DNA from: Methanobacteriota archaeon
Lineage (GTDB): Archaea; Thermoplasmatota; Poseidoniia; Poseidoniales; Thalassarchaeaceae
DNA length: 64,000 bases
Direction: 5' to 3'
NCBI GenBank assembly: GCA_014240285.1
Contig: JAAZXI010000001.1
Coordinates: 15,593-79,592 of the forward strand
Part shown: piece after piece, positions 27,817 through 38,003 of the stretch
How positions within the stretch are numbered: the stretch's first letter is position 1
Layout: the number at the start of each line of letters is the position of its first letter
Program-made: the position numbers and the translations under genes
Notes under the pieces: generated by a model
What the model was told of the DNA's origin: nothing
The model's input: only the letters and a program-made list of their open reading frames with translations
Database searches by the model: none

Positions 27817-28989
27817 ATGAAAATGACAAATGAAGGAAAATACGTGATACACGCGACCATCCGCACTGACGGAACGGTTGCGCGCAAGGACGTTGTGGGG
27901 GCAATCTTCGGCCAGACCGAAGGCCTCCTCGGCGAGGAGCTACAGCTCAGGAAGCTGCAGCGGACCGGGCGCATAGGCCATGTCGACGTCATCCTTCACC
28001 AGAACAAGGGCAAGGTAAACGGGGAGATACAACTCTCCTCGTCTATTGACCAAGTAAGCACCGCTGTGATTGGCGCCGCACTCGAGACGATCGATAGGAT
28101 CGGTCCGTGCAAGGCGATAATCAAGGTCAAGAAGATCGAGAACATAACCTCGGTCAAGAAGGACACGGTAATCGACAGAGCCAAGGAGCTCCTACTCGAT
28201 ATCGTGAACTCCGGTGCCGACGAGTCGAAGAACATCCTCGACGAGGTCCGTTCAGTCCTAAATCTGGGGAAGGAAGCCGACTACAAAGGAATGACAGCTG
28301 GTCCGAACGTGACCAAGTCCGAGGCGATAATTATCGTCGAGGGCCGCAACGACGTTCGCAACCTGCTGAAGTACGACATCAAGAACGCCATAGCTACGAT
28401 GGGTTCAGGCATCATGCCAGAACTAGTCACGCTCGCCAAATCGAAAAAGACGGTGACTGCGTTCCTCGATGGCGACCGCGGCGGCAAGCTGCTACTCATG
28501 GAGCTGGAAGGCGAAATGGGCAAGTCTCTGACCCATGTCGCGTTCGCGCCGACAAGCCGAGAGGTCGAGCACCTCGAGATGAAGGTCGTAACGAAGGCGC
28601 TGTCTCAGAAGGAGACGGCCGGAAAGGTCGTCGCCCGCATCAAGACCGAGATTAACAGAGATGATGACCGCGCGGTCGGACGAGGCCGAGAGGCTCTCAC
28701 CGCACCCGATGAGGTCAAGGCCTGGGCAGGGATGCTCGATGGTCTGTCCCGCAATCAAGCAGTGATCGTCCAAGAGGACGGCTCCGGATCTGAGCCCATA
28801 GGTGCTCGCAGTCTAGAGACCGCTCTGACCGATTCTACCGGTGCCCAGGGTCTGGTGTTTGCCGGTAAAGTGACCGCCCGCATCTTCGACCTCGCCTCTG
28901 GCGCAGGGATTGAAAACGTGCTGGGCTCGTCCGTCGGAAAGGTCACCCGAAAGTCCGGTGTGCAAGCCTACTCGTCTGAAGACCTCTGA
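27817..28989 (+). CDS. dnaG: archaeal DnaG-type primase (TOPRIM)
   Basis: KYVIHATIRTDGTVARKDVVGAIFGQTEGLLG N-terminus and a TOPRIM segment IVEGRNDVRNL. Confidence 0.85.
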   Translation: MKMTNEGKYVIHATIRTDGTVARKDVVGAIFGQTEGLLGEELQLRKLQRTGRIGHVDVILHQNKGKVNGEIQLSSSIDQVSTAVIGAALETIDRIGPCKAIIKVKKIENITSVKKDTVIDRAKELLLDIVNSGADESKNILDEVRSVLNLGKEADYKGMTAGPNVTKSEAIIIVEGRNDVRNLLKYDIKNAIATMGSGIMPELVTLAKSKKTVTAFLDGDRGGKLLLMELEGEMGKSLTHVAFAPTSREVEHLEMKVVTKALSQKETAGKVVARIKTEINRDDDRAVGRGREALTAPDEVKAWAGMLDGLSRNQAVIVQEDGSGSEPIGARSLETALTDSTGAQGLVFAGKVTARIFDLASGAGIENVLGSSVGKVTRKSGVQAYSSEDL

Positions 28990-29098
28990 TTCGCTCAACA
29001 GCGAATCCTCCGGCGGGACATAGTCCCGCCTACAATGACGGCGAGAGCCTTGTCATCCGCAGAAGCCATCAAAAGTCGTACAGGTCCGCTGGGACTGG

Positions 29099-31399
29099 AT
29101 GGAAGACTCGACGTTGGGCGTTATGGCATTGTATGCCCTGCTGGGGCTGGCGCTCCTGACCCTCTGGCTCAGGCATCAGGCGGTGCTTCGTCAAAGAGAG
29201 AGGATGAGGGAGAAGATGGGGGCCCTACAGGGCGACCTCTCAGACACCTCACAACGGCTCGACCTCCTTTCTAGGGGCGTCGACACCGTGCTCAGCGAGA
29301 CTCCGGGGATGCAGGGCCTGCTGGATGCCCACAAATCCCTCGAGTCAGCCGAGACCCTGTTGTTCGAGCAAGACGTCAATGTAAGTTCCAGCGAATCGGT
29401 CGCGATAGCGAGCCACGCAGCCAAGACCATCCTCGTGCACTACCCCGGGCTCGCCGATGAGGACGGTCACAAGGATGTCGTTCCCGGCTTGCTCCCCCTA
29501 GTCGAGCGACTGGATGCGATACTCAACGAGGCCGAGATGCAGTCCGAGGACCTCGAGCTGACAGGTAATCAGCACCGCAGACTCGGAGAGCTGTTCCACG
29601 GCATTGACCGGACGATTCGAGCATCAGATTTCTACAGACGCGCACACAGCCTCAGCGCTGAGGATGCCGACGCTCTACGCTCCCTTGCATCTATTCACCG
29701 AGAGGAAGGCGACATGGAAGCCCTCGATCGCAGCCTAGAGAGGCTACTCGCAGTCGACCCGGATGACATCGCCGTGCTCAAGGAACAAGCTCTGTTGCTC
29801 TCAGGCGCCGACGAGGAGAGGGTCACTCGCAACTACCGTAGGCTGGAGGGACTCGGAGTCGAGTTCGACATCTCTCTGGCGACAACCGAGCTCTCTGACA
29901 TCGTCGAAAGGGCAAGGGAGGTCAATAGGGAGGTCGACCCGAGGACGATAGAGCCCGAGACATCCACAGGATGGCTCGAACGCGCAGCTAGGCTGCTGAT
30001 GATAGGAGAGATTACCGTCGCCCTAGAATCAGTTGAGAAAGCAATCGAAACTAATCCTGACAACGGTGAGGCGTGGATGCTGCACGCCAAGTTACTGTCG
30101 GTTGATGAGGAGAGGACGAAGGAGTCTCTACAGAGCATACGTCGGGCCACCACTTTGGGTCAGTACGGAGTCATTCTCGAGTCGGAGATATTCGAGAACG
30201 ACGGCAGGCTCGACGCGGCTAGGGCCGTGCTTGAGGAAAGGCTCGAGACCAATCCCGAGGACGCCGAGGCCAGAGCCCGCCTGAGTCTTGTGCTTCTCCG
30301 GGCCGGGGCGAACGAGTGGTCACGCAAAGTGCTCGACGAGGCTCCGCCTGGATCATGGGAGAGCGCCCCATTGCATGTCATGGATGGAAGACTCCACCTA
30401 CTTACCAGTGAGAGCCACCGTGATAATACCGGTCACCATGACCAGTTGACCCTGCTCGACGCGCTGGTTGCCTTCGACGGAGCAATTGATCGAGATAGGG
30501 AATCCGGCCTAGCCTGGCTGGGCCGATCTAGGGCCCTGCGCTACCAGGGCGCCCCCAACGAAGCCGAAGTCGCACTCACACGAGCCCGGCGACTAATCCC
30601 CGAGCACCCCTCCATTCCCCTCGAGGAGGCACAACTGTGCCTCGACCTAGGCCGTCTTGAGCAGGCCGACACACTGGTGTCCGAGGCTGCCACTCAGTTG
30701 AATGACCACTCGGCCATACCCTTCGTCAGGGGTATGATTGCTGCCCGTCAGAACAGGCTCACTGAGGCAATATCCCTGTTCAGTAAGGTGCTCGCGAATG
30801 AGCCCGACCACGTCCGCGCCCGTCTCAACAAATGCTCGGCCTCGTTACTGAAGGGCGACCTAGCTACCGCCCTCGATGACGCCGATTATCTGGTGTCCAA
30901 CCGGCCCAGACTCGACATGGCGCGGCTGCGCCGCTCAGAGATTCTGATGAGTCACGGAGACTGGGATGAAGCCGAGGCCGAGTTACGCAGGCTGCTTGGG
31001 AACAGGCCCGACCACACAATGGCACTGGTCCACCTCGGGACCTGTCTAATCGCAAGGGGCCGGGCTGAACAGGCTGAGAAACCCCTCAACACAGCGTTAC
31101 AGATTGATTCCACACATTCCGATGCGTGGTATCAACGCGGACTCCTGTACCTCGACTTCGGTCGCCTCGAAGACGCCATGCACGACTTCGAGAATGCAGC
31201 CGAGAATGACGAGTTCCACATCGACGCTCGACTCAGGATAGCCACCTTGTTGCACGAGGCCGAGGACATGAAGGGGGCCACAGCAGCCTGGAGAAATGTC
31301 CTCGATGTGGACCCAGAGCATCGGCTGGCAAGGCGTCGACTGGAGGAGTGCAGGGGGAGTTCGAACCCTCCCAAACCCAATCCTCGGTCAGAGGGTTGA
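29099..31399 (+). CDS. membrane-anchored TPR-repeat protein
   Basis: N-terminal TM, then more than 10 TPR-like repeats. Confidence 0.7.
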   Translation: MEDSTLGVMALYALLGLALLTLWLRHQAVLRQRERMREKMGALQGDLSDTSQRLDLLSRGVDTVLSETPGMQGLLDAHKSLESAETLLFEQDVNVSSSESVAIASHAAKTILVHYPGLADEDGHKDVVPGLLPLVERLDAILNEAEMQSEDLELTGNQHRRLGELFHGIDRTIRASDFYRRAHSLSAEDADALRSLASIHREEGDMEALDRSLERLLAVDPDDIAVLKEQALLLSGADEERVTRNYRRLEGLGVEFDISLATTELSDIVERAREVNREVDPRTIEPETSTGWLERAARLLMIGEITVALESVEKAIETNPDNGEAWMLHAKLLSVDEERTKESLQSIRRATTLGQYGVILESEIFENDGRLDAARAVLEERLETNPEDAEARARLSLVLLRAGANEWSRKVLDEAPPGSWESAPLHVMDGRLHLLTSESHRDNTGHHDQLTLLDALVAFDGAIDRDRESGLAWLGRSRALRYQGAPNEAEVALTRARRLIPEHPSIPLEEAQLCLDLGRLEQADTLVSEAATQLNDHSAIPFVRGMIAARQNRLTEAISLFSKVLANEPDHVRARLNKCSASLLKGDLATALDDADYLVSNRPRLDMARLRRSEILMSHGDWDEAEAELRRLLGNRPDHTMALVHLGTCLIARGRAEQAEKPLNTALQIDSTHSDAWYQRGLLYLDFGRLEDAMHDFENAAENDEFHIDARLRIATLLHEAEDMKGATAAWRNVLDVDPEHRLARRRLEECRGSSNPPKPNPRSEG

Positions 31400-31425
31400 A
31401 CTGCTTCCCATCACTCCCTAGTAAC

Positions 31426-31980
31426 ATGCAGGAACTACGAGGAATCGAACCAGGTGACGCCGCCCCCAATTTTCATCTCCCGAATGCCAATCCCCCCATA
31501 GGCGGCGAAGCGATGTCGTTGAGCGATGTCATCGGGCCGAACGGAGCCGTCATCATGTTCACTTGCAACCACTGTCCGTACGTTGTCGGCTCCGAGCCGC
31601 GGATCGAAGCGATGGCCGCAAGGGCACGTTCTGAAGGCCTCGGTTTTGCCGGAATCAACTCCAATGACCCGGTGAACTACGAGTCGGACTCTTGGGGGAA
31701 CATGCTCAAACGGGCAGGCCGAGGAATGAGTTACTCCTACCTGCATGACGACAATCAAGACATCGCGCGTGCGTATGGGGCCGAGAGGACGCCCGAGTTC
31801 TACCTCCTCGACTCCTTGGGTGCGGTCACATACCGTGGTCGACTCGACGACTCACCTCGGGATCCATCCCACTCCTCGACCTCAGAACTGGCAGATGCCA
31901 TGGACGACATGGCCGCCGGACGCAGCGTAGTCAAACCCCGAACGGTCAGTATCGGCTGCTCAGTCAAGTGGAAGATGTAG
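31426..31980 (+). CDS. thioredoxin-fold redoxin (AhpC/TSA-like)
   Basis: FTCNHCPYV motif. Start taken at the internal ATG at 31426. Confidence 0.6.
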   Translation: MQELRGIEPGDAAPNFHLPNANPPIGGEAMSLSDVIGPNGAVIMFTCNHCPYVVGSEPRIEAMAARARSEGLGFAGINSNDPVNYESDSWGNMLKRAGRGMSYSYLHDDNQDIARAYGAERTPEFYLLDSLGAVTYRGRLDDSPRDPSHSSTSELADAMDDMAAGRSVVKPRTVSIGCSVKWKM

Positions 31981-31989
31981 GCCTAGCAT

Positions 31990-32412
31990 TCAGTACTGTT
32001 CCAGTACTAACTCTGTCTGCGTCGAGCCTATCTCTCCGGGTGCGGCGAGCCACATCTCGTCGAGCAGGTCGCGCAGCGCCACGGTGTCATCGACGTGCAC
32101 AACAGCGATTAGGTCAGCATCCCCGCTAATCTCGTAGACGCACTCGATACCGGACCATGTGGAGAACTCCCCGGCAAGCGACCCAATCTCAGTACCCGGG
32201 CCGACCTTGAGACGGACCAGAGCAGTCAGCCCAATGCCCGCCTCGCGGATAGTGTAGCCGCGGATTACCCCATCGTCCTCCAGCCTGCGCATGCGGGTGC
32301 GAACAGTCCGCTCAGTCACCCCGACTTGCTTCGCGATATCTACGAAGGGGGCTCTGCCAGAGTCTCTCAGGACTGAGAGGATGGCTCTGTCAAGACTGTC
32401 TACTTCAATCAC
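31990..32412 (-). CDS. lrp: Lrp/AsnC-family transcriptional regulator
   Basis: HTH plus a RAM domain, about 140 aa. Confidence 0.8.
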   Translation of the reverse strand: MIEVDSLDRAILSVLRDSGRAPFVDIAKQVGVTERTVRTRMRRLEDDGVIRGYTIREAGIGLTALVRLKVGPGTEIGSLAGEFSTWSGIECVYEISGDADLIAVVHVDDTVALRDLLDEMWLAAPGEIGSTQTELVLEQY

Positions 32413-32555
32413 GGGTTGCGCCGAAAATAGACCTCTATTTGTATGTTCTCTACCTGATGTGTGAAATATGAATACTGATTATTTCCTGATTATGTATCAA
32501 AATCCAACAACGAAGAAAAGTCGGATTCAAATGGGATGGCGTAAATTCGCGTCCG
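32413..32555. promoter_or_regulatory. AT-rich divergent promoter region (lrp and a hypothetical gene)
   Basis: TATA-like tracts (TATTTGTATG, ATGAATACTGATTATTT). Confidence 0.3.
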
Positions 32556-32990
32556 ATGTCGGCGGAGGAGACGATGGCCCACCTCCGTGTCCAAGAGTAT
32601 CTCGACGACGTCTCCGAGCTGGACATACCCTCCTCCCAGACAGAGTGGTACAACGTCGATGTCGCTTCGCTCCTCACAGGCAGCAAGGTGCTCGGACACG
32701 AGGTCGATCGGTGCACAGGCGACTCGCTGCTGTTCCTTGAGAAGAGCGTCATGCTGTGCAGCCCGTCAGCGGGCAAGATGCAGCACTTTCCCAAACACCT
32801 CCTCCATTGCTTCGTCGATGACAACCGCTGTGAGTGCAGCGAGCACGACGGTGTGCTGTTCCGCGCTGAGTTATTCTCAATATCCCCAACTGAGGAGCAA
32901 CTATGCTGGGAACGCTGCTGCCGCTCCGAGATGGAAATCCCAGATGTTCAAAGCAGGGTCTCTCACTGGCTGAGTTGGCTCAACACGTGA
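32556..32990 (+). CDS. Cys-rich hypothetical protein
   Basis: ORF only. Confidence 0.3.
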   Translation: MSAEETMAHLRVQEYLDDVSELDIPSSQTEWYNVDVASLLTGSKVLGHEVDRCTGDSLLFLEKSVMLCSPSAGKMQHFPKHLLHCFVDDNRCECSEHDGVLFRAELFSISPTEEQLCWERCCRSEMEIPDVQSRVSHWLSWLNT

Positions 32991-33039
32991 ATCACCTCCC
33001 AGCGCAACCTTGAGAGGGGGGCTGTAGGTCGCCGCACCA

Positions 33040-34281
33040 ATGAGTGGCGCTGTCAGCGACCTCTCGGCCCGCATGATACTAGATTCTCGTGGCAACCCCA
33101 CAGTTGAGGTCGACTGCTACGTGAACGGCGTACTGCGAGGCCGTGCAGCGGTCCCTTCGGGGGCCAGCACAGGTAGCTATGAGGCTGTTGAACTGCGTGA
33201 TGGAGGCTCCGATTGGGCCGGTAGAGGTGTAGCCTCGGCAATAGCCCACGTCAACGGTGAGATCCGCGACGTCCTCATCGGGATGGAGGTATCCGACCAG
33301 GAAGAAATCGACATCGCTCTAGTCGCGCTTGATGGTACTGCCAACAAGAGCAGACTCGGGGCCAACGCCATACTAGGCGCCTCGATGGCCTGTTTGAGAG
33401 CGGCAACGAACGGCCCTCTATGGGTCCACATCGCATCAGATGGTCCGAGCAGCTTACCGGTACCGCAGATGAATATCCTCAACGGAGGGGCTCACGCTGC
33501 TTCGAACGTCGACGTCCAGGAATTCATGGTCGTCCCGCACGGATTCGACAGCCTGCCGGAGGCTCTGCGCGCGGGCGTCGAGACCTACCACGCACTGAAG
33601 TCGGTGCTCAAAGAAGAAGGATTACTCGGGGGTGTGGGCGACGAAGGCGGATTTGCCCCCAACCTGCCTCGCAATGAGGACGGACTGCGTCACGTACTCG
33701 GAGCCATCGAGCGAGCTGGATACACACCTGGGGAGCAGATATCAATCGCACTCGACTGCGCAGCGCAGGAGTTCTTTCATGAGGACGGTTACCACATCGA
33801 CGGTAAGGTACTGTCCGGCTCAGAGTTGGGTACCCTGTACTCTTCTTGGCTCGACAACTACCCAATCGTCTCGCTTGAGGACGCCTTTGGAGAGGATGAT
33901 TGGGACTCGTGGACAGAGTTCACCGCTCGCGAGGGACACCGCGTGCAGATTGTCGGTGATGACCTGTACGTCACCAATCCAACCAGACTCGCCAGAGGTA
34001 TAGCCGAGGGAGCAAGCAATGCCATTCTCATCAAGCTCAACCAGATAGGCACGGTTAGTGAGACGTTGAGAGTCATCGAGTTGGCGCGCACCGCAGACTT
34101 TGCCACAGTCATCAGCCACCGTTCCGGCGAGACCAGCGACGACATCATCGCCGATTTCGCGGTCGGTACCAACGCCGGTCAGATCAAGACCGGCGCCCCG
34201 GCTAGGAGTGACCGCACCTCAAAGTACAATCAATTGCTCAGGATAGCCGAGCAATGCAACATATTCACTGACCTATTCTAA
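33040..34281 (+). CDS. eno: enolase
   Basis: ILDSRGNPTVEVD…SHRSGETSD. Confidence 0.9.
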   Translation: MSGAVSDLSARMILDSRGNPTVEVDCYVNGVLRGRAAVPSGASTGSYEAVELRDGGSDWAGRGVASAIAHVNGEIRDVLIGMEVSDQEEIDIALVALDGTANKSRLGANAILGASMACLRAATNGPLWVHIASDGPSSLPVPQMNILNGGAHAASNVDVQEFMVVPHGFDSLPEALRAGVETYHALKSVLKEEGLLGGVGDEGGFAPNLPRNEDGLRHVLGAIERAGYTPGEQISIALDCAAQEFFHEDGYHIDGKVLSGSELGTLYSSWLDNYPIVSLEDAFGEDDWDSWTEFTAREGHRVQIVGDDLYVTNPTRLARGIAEGASNAILIKLNQIGTVSETLRVIELARTADFATVISHRSGETSDDIIADFAVGTNAGQIKTGAPARSDRTSKYNQLLRIAEQCNIFTDLF

Positions 34282-35223
34282 TGCTGCTAGCAGCAGCGGA
34301 AGCACAATAGTCGCATCCGACTCTATGACGAACCTAGGTGTGTCGGGACCCAGTTTCTCCCAACTTATTTTCTCGTTGGGCGGCGCGCCCGAGTAACCGC
34401 CGTAGGACGGGCGTGACTCGGATATCTGCGCGAACCACGCCCACAGCGAAACATCGACCTTCGCATCTTGTCGTAGCATCGGCACCACAGAGATTGCGAA
34501 GTCACCCGCAATCCCCCCGCCGACCTGCAGCAGCCCGGTCGGGGAGTCGTCCTCGCGATACCAATCGGCTAGGGCCTGCATTGCATGCAAGCCTCCCCTG
34601 ACTATGTCCGCTCCCTTCAATGAACAGTCGAGGATTCGTGCGGCGAGTATGTTGCCAAGCGTCGAATCCTCCCACCCCGGGGTGAAGATTGGTAAGTTTG
34701 CATCTGCCGCAGCCATCAGCCACGACTCGTTTGGATCAGCATCGAACTCCAGTTCGCTGTGCAGCAGCAGGTCGTACAGATACTCGTGCGGAAACCGCCG
34801 GTCGCCAGCCGCTTCAGCGTCCTCCCACAGTGACATCAGCGGCCCTTCGATGCGGCGTATCGCCTCCTCTTCGGGTATCGCGACGTCGGTGACCCGGTTC
34901 ATCCCACGCTTGTGAAGTGCTACCTCGTCACTGGCTGTCAGCTCACGCCAATCCACAATACTCTCGTAGTGTGAGCGAGCGACTAGACTGAACAGGTCCT
35001 CCTCGAGGTTCGCTCCGGTACAGCAGATAGCGTGCACTCTCTGAGACCTGATGGCTGGTGCCAGCGTTCGCCCTATCTCAGCTGTCGACATGGCTCCGGC
35101 GAGAGTGACAATCAGGCGCCCTCCATTATCTAGAAAATCTCGTAGTGAATCGGCGCATTGCGCCAACGCGCCAGCGTTGAAATGCCGGTAGTTTGAATCG
35201 ATAAAATCGCGTACGGACACCAC
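34273..35223 (-). CDS. dhs: deoxyhypusine synthase
   Basis: DHS-like pattern (NLPIFTPGWEDSTLGN), about 316 aa. Confidence 0.65.
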   Translation of the reverse strand: MVSVRDFIDSNYRHFNAGALAQCADSLRDFLDNGGRLIVTLAGAMSTAEIGRTLAPAIRSQRVHAICCTGANLEEDLFSLVARSHYESIVDWRELTASDEVALHKRGMNRVTDVAIPEEEAIRRIEGPLMSLWEDAEAAGDRRFPHEYLYDLLLHSELEFDADPNESWLMAAADANLPIFTPGWEDSTLGNILAARILDCSLKGADIVRGGLHAMQALADWYREDDSPTGLLQVGGGIAGDFAISVVPMLRQDAKVDVSLWAWFAQISESRPSYGGYSGAPPNEKISWEKLGPDTPRFVIESDATIVLPLLLAALE

Positions 35224-35229
35224 CTCACC

Positions 35230-35604
35230 TCAGAATCTATCCAAACGCCCTCGACCTGACAGCACAAGACTAGGAACAGCGTCGACGACGACGCTGTGAA
35301 TCTTGTCGGCCAGCGACCCTGGGTCACTATCACCACAGGTGAAGATATCGATTGCCAGAAGCCCGCTCTCGGAATAGCAGTGCGCGCTGACATGACTCTC
35401 GTCGATGAGGACGACGGCTGCGAAGCCGGGCGGACTCTCACTGCCGTCAAACTGTGCTACATGTGAATGGACCTCGCGGATGCCAGCTTTGCGAACACAG
35501 TCTCGCAGAACCTGAAGCATCCACTCGCCGTCGTCATCAACCGGTGGCGAGTAGTCCGTGTAGTCCAGCACGACGTGCCCGCCACGCGAAGTGGAGCCGC
35601 TCAT
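35230..35604 (-). CDS. speH: S-adenosylmethionine decarboxylase proenzyme
   Basis: VVLIDESHVSAHCYSE processing-site motif. Start taken at the internal ATG at 35604. Confidence 0.7.
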   Translation of the reverse strand: MSGSTSRGGHVVLDYTDYSPPVDDDGEWMLQVLRDCVRKAGIREVHSHVAQFDGSESPPGFAAVVLIDESHVSAHCYSESGLLAIDIFTCGDSDPGSLADKIHSVVVDAVPSLVLSGRGRLDRF

Positions 35605-35639
35605 GTGCAGGCTGCATCGATTTTCCGATTTCAAGGTGA

Positions 35640-36773
35640 CTAATCGACAAGCCACACCCGCAACCGCCGCAGACCCTCGTAAATGGCCTCCTCGTCGGTG
35701 GCGTACGAAATCCTGACGAAGCCCTCGCCACCGGTGATTAGTGAGGTCGGAATGAGTTGAACACCCGCTTCCAGCGCACCATCAGCGAACTCGATATCAG
35801 TCATGCCCGTACCAGTGACATCGACGAACACGTAGAACGCACCCTCGGGCTCAACAATCCTCAGTCCGGGCAACTCTGAGAGCCCGGCAGTCATTATCCC
35901 ACGCCGCTTCAGGTACTGTCGGTTGAATTCCTCGACCGAGTCGTCGCACCCTAGAGCAACTGCGGCTGCGTGCATCATGAATGTGGGGACGTGAGAGGCG
36001 GAGTTGGCCTGACTCTTGATAGCGGCGCGCATAGCATTCGGAGGACCGGTCAGGAAGCCCAATCTCATCCCCGTCATCGCCCAGGACTTCGACCAGCCGT
36101 TGACAATCAGAGTGCGCTCCGCGCCACCTGGGAGAGCATAGGGGGAGACGTGAGGGTAGTCCATCCAGACCAGTCTAGCATAGATCTCGTCGGAGACAAT
36201 CCAGAGGTCGTGCTCGACAGCGATGTCGACGATGGCCTGCAATTCGTCCGGGGTGAACACTGCTCCGGTGGGGTTGCAGGGGGAATTGACCAGTATCATT
36301 CGAGTCCTGTCGGTGACCGCGGCTCTGATGGCATCGATGTCGGGATGGAAGTTGTCCTTGCGAACCGGCACGTTCACCGGAACCGCCCCGATAAGCTCCA
36401 GCATCGGCTCGTACGAGGCCCAAGAGGGGGCTAGCAGAATTGCCTCGTCTCCCGGCATCGTGGTGATGAGGAACGAATACAGCAGCGCCTGCTTGGCGCC
36501 AGGCGTGATGACCACATCGTCTGCACCGACCTCGACAGAATGATGCCTTGCTAGGTAGTTGGACACCGCTTGGCACAGTTCCATCGAACCCGCACCCCTA
36601 GTGTACTTCGTGTTACCATCTTCCAGCCCCTTGATCGCCGCTTCGATGACCGCGCGCGGGGTGTCGAAACCAGGCTCTCCCACCGTCCAACGGATGACCC
36701 CGGGTTCTGGAGGTTGCAGATACGGCGCGAAGCCGACGCCAAGACCCTCGTAGCGAGAGGAAATCTCAGGCAT
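35640..36773 (-). CDS. class I PLP aminotransferase (aspartate aminotransferase-like)
   Basis: NGWSKSWAMTGMRLGF (SK…R motif). Confidence 0.8.
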   Translation of the reverse strand: MPEISSRYEGLGVGFAPYLQPPEPGVIRWTVGEPGFDTPRAVIEAAIKGLEDGNTKYTRGAGSMELCQAVSNYLARHHSVEVGADDVVITPGAKQALLYSFLITTMPGDEAILLAPSWASYEPMLELIGAVPVNVPVRKDNFHPDIDAIRAAVTDRTRMILVNSPCNPTGAVFTPDELQAIVDIAVEHDLWIVSDEIYARLVWMDYPHVSPYALPGGAERTLIVNGWSKSWAMTGMRLGFLTGPPNAMRAAIKSQANSASHVPTFMMHAAAVALGCDDSVEEFNRQYLKRRGIMTAGLSELPGLRIVEPEGAFYVFVDVTGTGMTDIEFADGALEAGVQLIPTSLITGGEGFVRISYATDEEAIYEGLRRLRVWLVD

Positions 36774-36883
36774 GCCTCACGCGGGAGGCTGAATGAAGAT
36801 GAACATACCCTCTAAGGTTCCTGAAAGTACTACCCTCACCCTGCAAAGAGTCTTCAAGGGAGCCTCGGGGGTCGGGAGTCGCT

Positions 36884-36957
36884 GCACGGGTGGCAGAGCA
36901 GCTATGCAATGGACTGCAGATCCATGGACCCGGGTGCAAATCCCGGCCCGTGCTCCA
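36884..36957 (+). tRNA. tRNA-Cys (anticodon GCA), CCA encoded
   Basis: Perfect 7-bp acceptor stem, U73 discriminator (the Cys identity element), anticodon loop CTGCAGA. The T-loop is TGCAAAT, with an unusual G at position 55. Confidence 0.7.
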
Positions 36958-36977
36958 ATTCTCGACCAGTGGTCGCT

Positions 36978-37928
36978 CTAGAACTCGACGAGCCCCGGAT
37001 CGACGTTGCCGCCGGAGAGAATGACTCCGACCCTGTCTATATTCTCGAGAGCTCTGAACTCGGGTCCGAGAACTGCTGCCAGCGAGGCAGCACCGCTGGG
37101 CTCAACCACCATACCCAAGTGCTTGAGAAGCAATCGCATTGCCTCGATGACCTCTTCGTCGCTGACAGTGAAAATCGCCTCTAGATGATCCCTGATAATC
37201 GGCCAAGTATGCTCTCCCATGCTTGTCAGCAGACCGTCGCAAATGGTGTCCGGTCCGGTCTGCGGCAACAGTTCGCCGGCTTCTAGAGAACGTGCTGCGT
37301 CATCAGCCCCCTCTGGCTCAGCCCCAAATATTCTAGTGTCTGGGAACAGTGCTCTAGTGGCGATGCAGGTTCCAGAAATTAGTCCACCACCCCCTATGGG
37401 GGTGATGACGGCATCCAACGCCCCACCTTGTTCGAACAGTTCTATCGAAGCAGTACCCTGCCCTGCGATGACGTCCGGGTTGTCATAGGGGTGGATTAGA
37501 GTAGCCCCGGTCTGCTCAATAATCCCTGCAGCTGTGGATTCCCTAGCAGCGAGATTGGGCTCGCAGAAGGTTATCTCGGCATCGTGACTCTTCACCCCCA
37601 TCACCTTGACTCGAGGCGCGGTTTTTGGCATCACGATGTAGGCTGGCACACCGCGCTGTTTGGCTGCCAGAGCCAGCGCTTGAGCGTGGTTGCCGCTGCT
37701 GTGCGTGCAGACCCCCCTCTCAGCAACATCATCGAGTAGCATCACGGCGTTGCTGGCACCCCGGAACTTGAACGCACCAACGTGCTGCAGGTTCTCACAC
37801 TTCAGCAGCACTTCCCTGCCTGCGATACGATTGATATCTTCGGAGGATACCACAGCCGTACGCTTGATCACCCCATCCAGCCTCTGTGCCGCTGCATGCA
37901 CGTCATCGATGCTCACCGAGTATCCCAT
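36978..37928 (-). CDS. threonine/serine dehydratase (PLP fold type II)
   Basis: LQHVGAFKFRGASNAV PLP-lysine motif. Start taken at MGYSVS (37928); a longer start at 38039 is possible. Confidence 0.7.
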   Translation of the reverse strand: MGYSVSIDDVHAAAQRLDGVIKRTAVVSSEDINRIAGREVLLKCENLQHVGAFKFRGASNAVMLLDDVAERGVCTHSSGNHAQALALAAKQRGVPAYIVMPKTAPRVKVMGVKSHDAEITFCEPNLAARESTAAGIIEQTGATLIHPYDNPDVIAGQGTASIELFEQGGALDAVITPIGGGGLISGTCIATRALFPDTRIFGAEPEGADDAARSLEAGELLPQTGPDTICDGLLTSMGEHTWPIIRDHLEAIFTVSDEEVIEAMRLLLKHLGMVVEPSGAASLAAVLGPEFRALENIDRVGVILSGGNVDPGLVEF

Positions 37929-38003
37929 GACAGCCCGCCTGAGAGAGGGCATAGATGACATCATCGGCGTGGATTTCAAGCCTGAGCCCCGCTTCGTTGC
38001 GGC

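Noticed and set aside
31355-31385. GAGTTCGAACCCTCC resembling a tRNA T-arm
   Set aside because: No complementary acceptor stem or anticodon arm. It lies inside the C-terminal coding region of the TPR gene.
35970-36576. ORFs 35970..36434 (+) and 36175..36576 (-) within the aminotransferase gene
   Set aside because: Alternative-frame, Arg/Gly-rich and without motifs. The aminotransferase frame has the SK…R signature.
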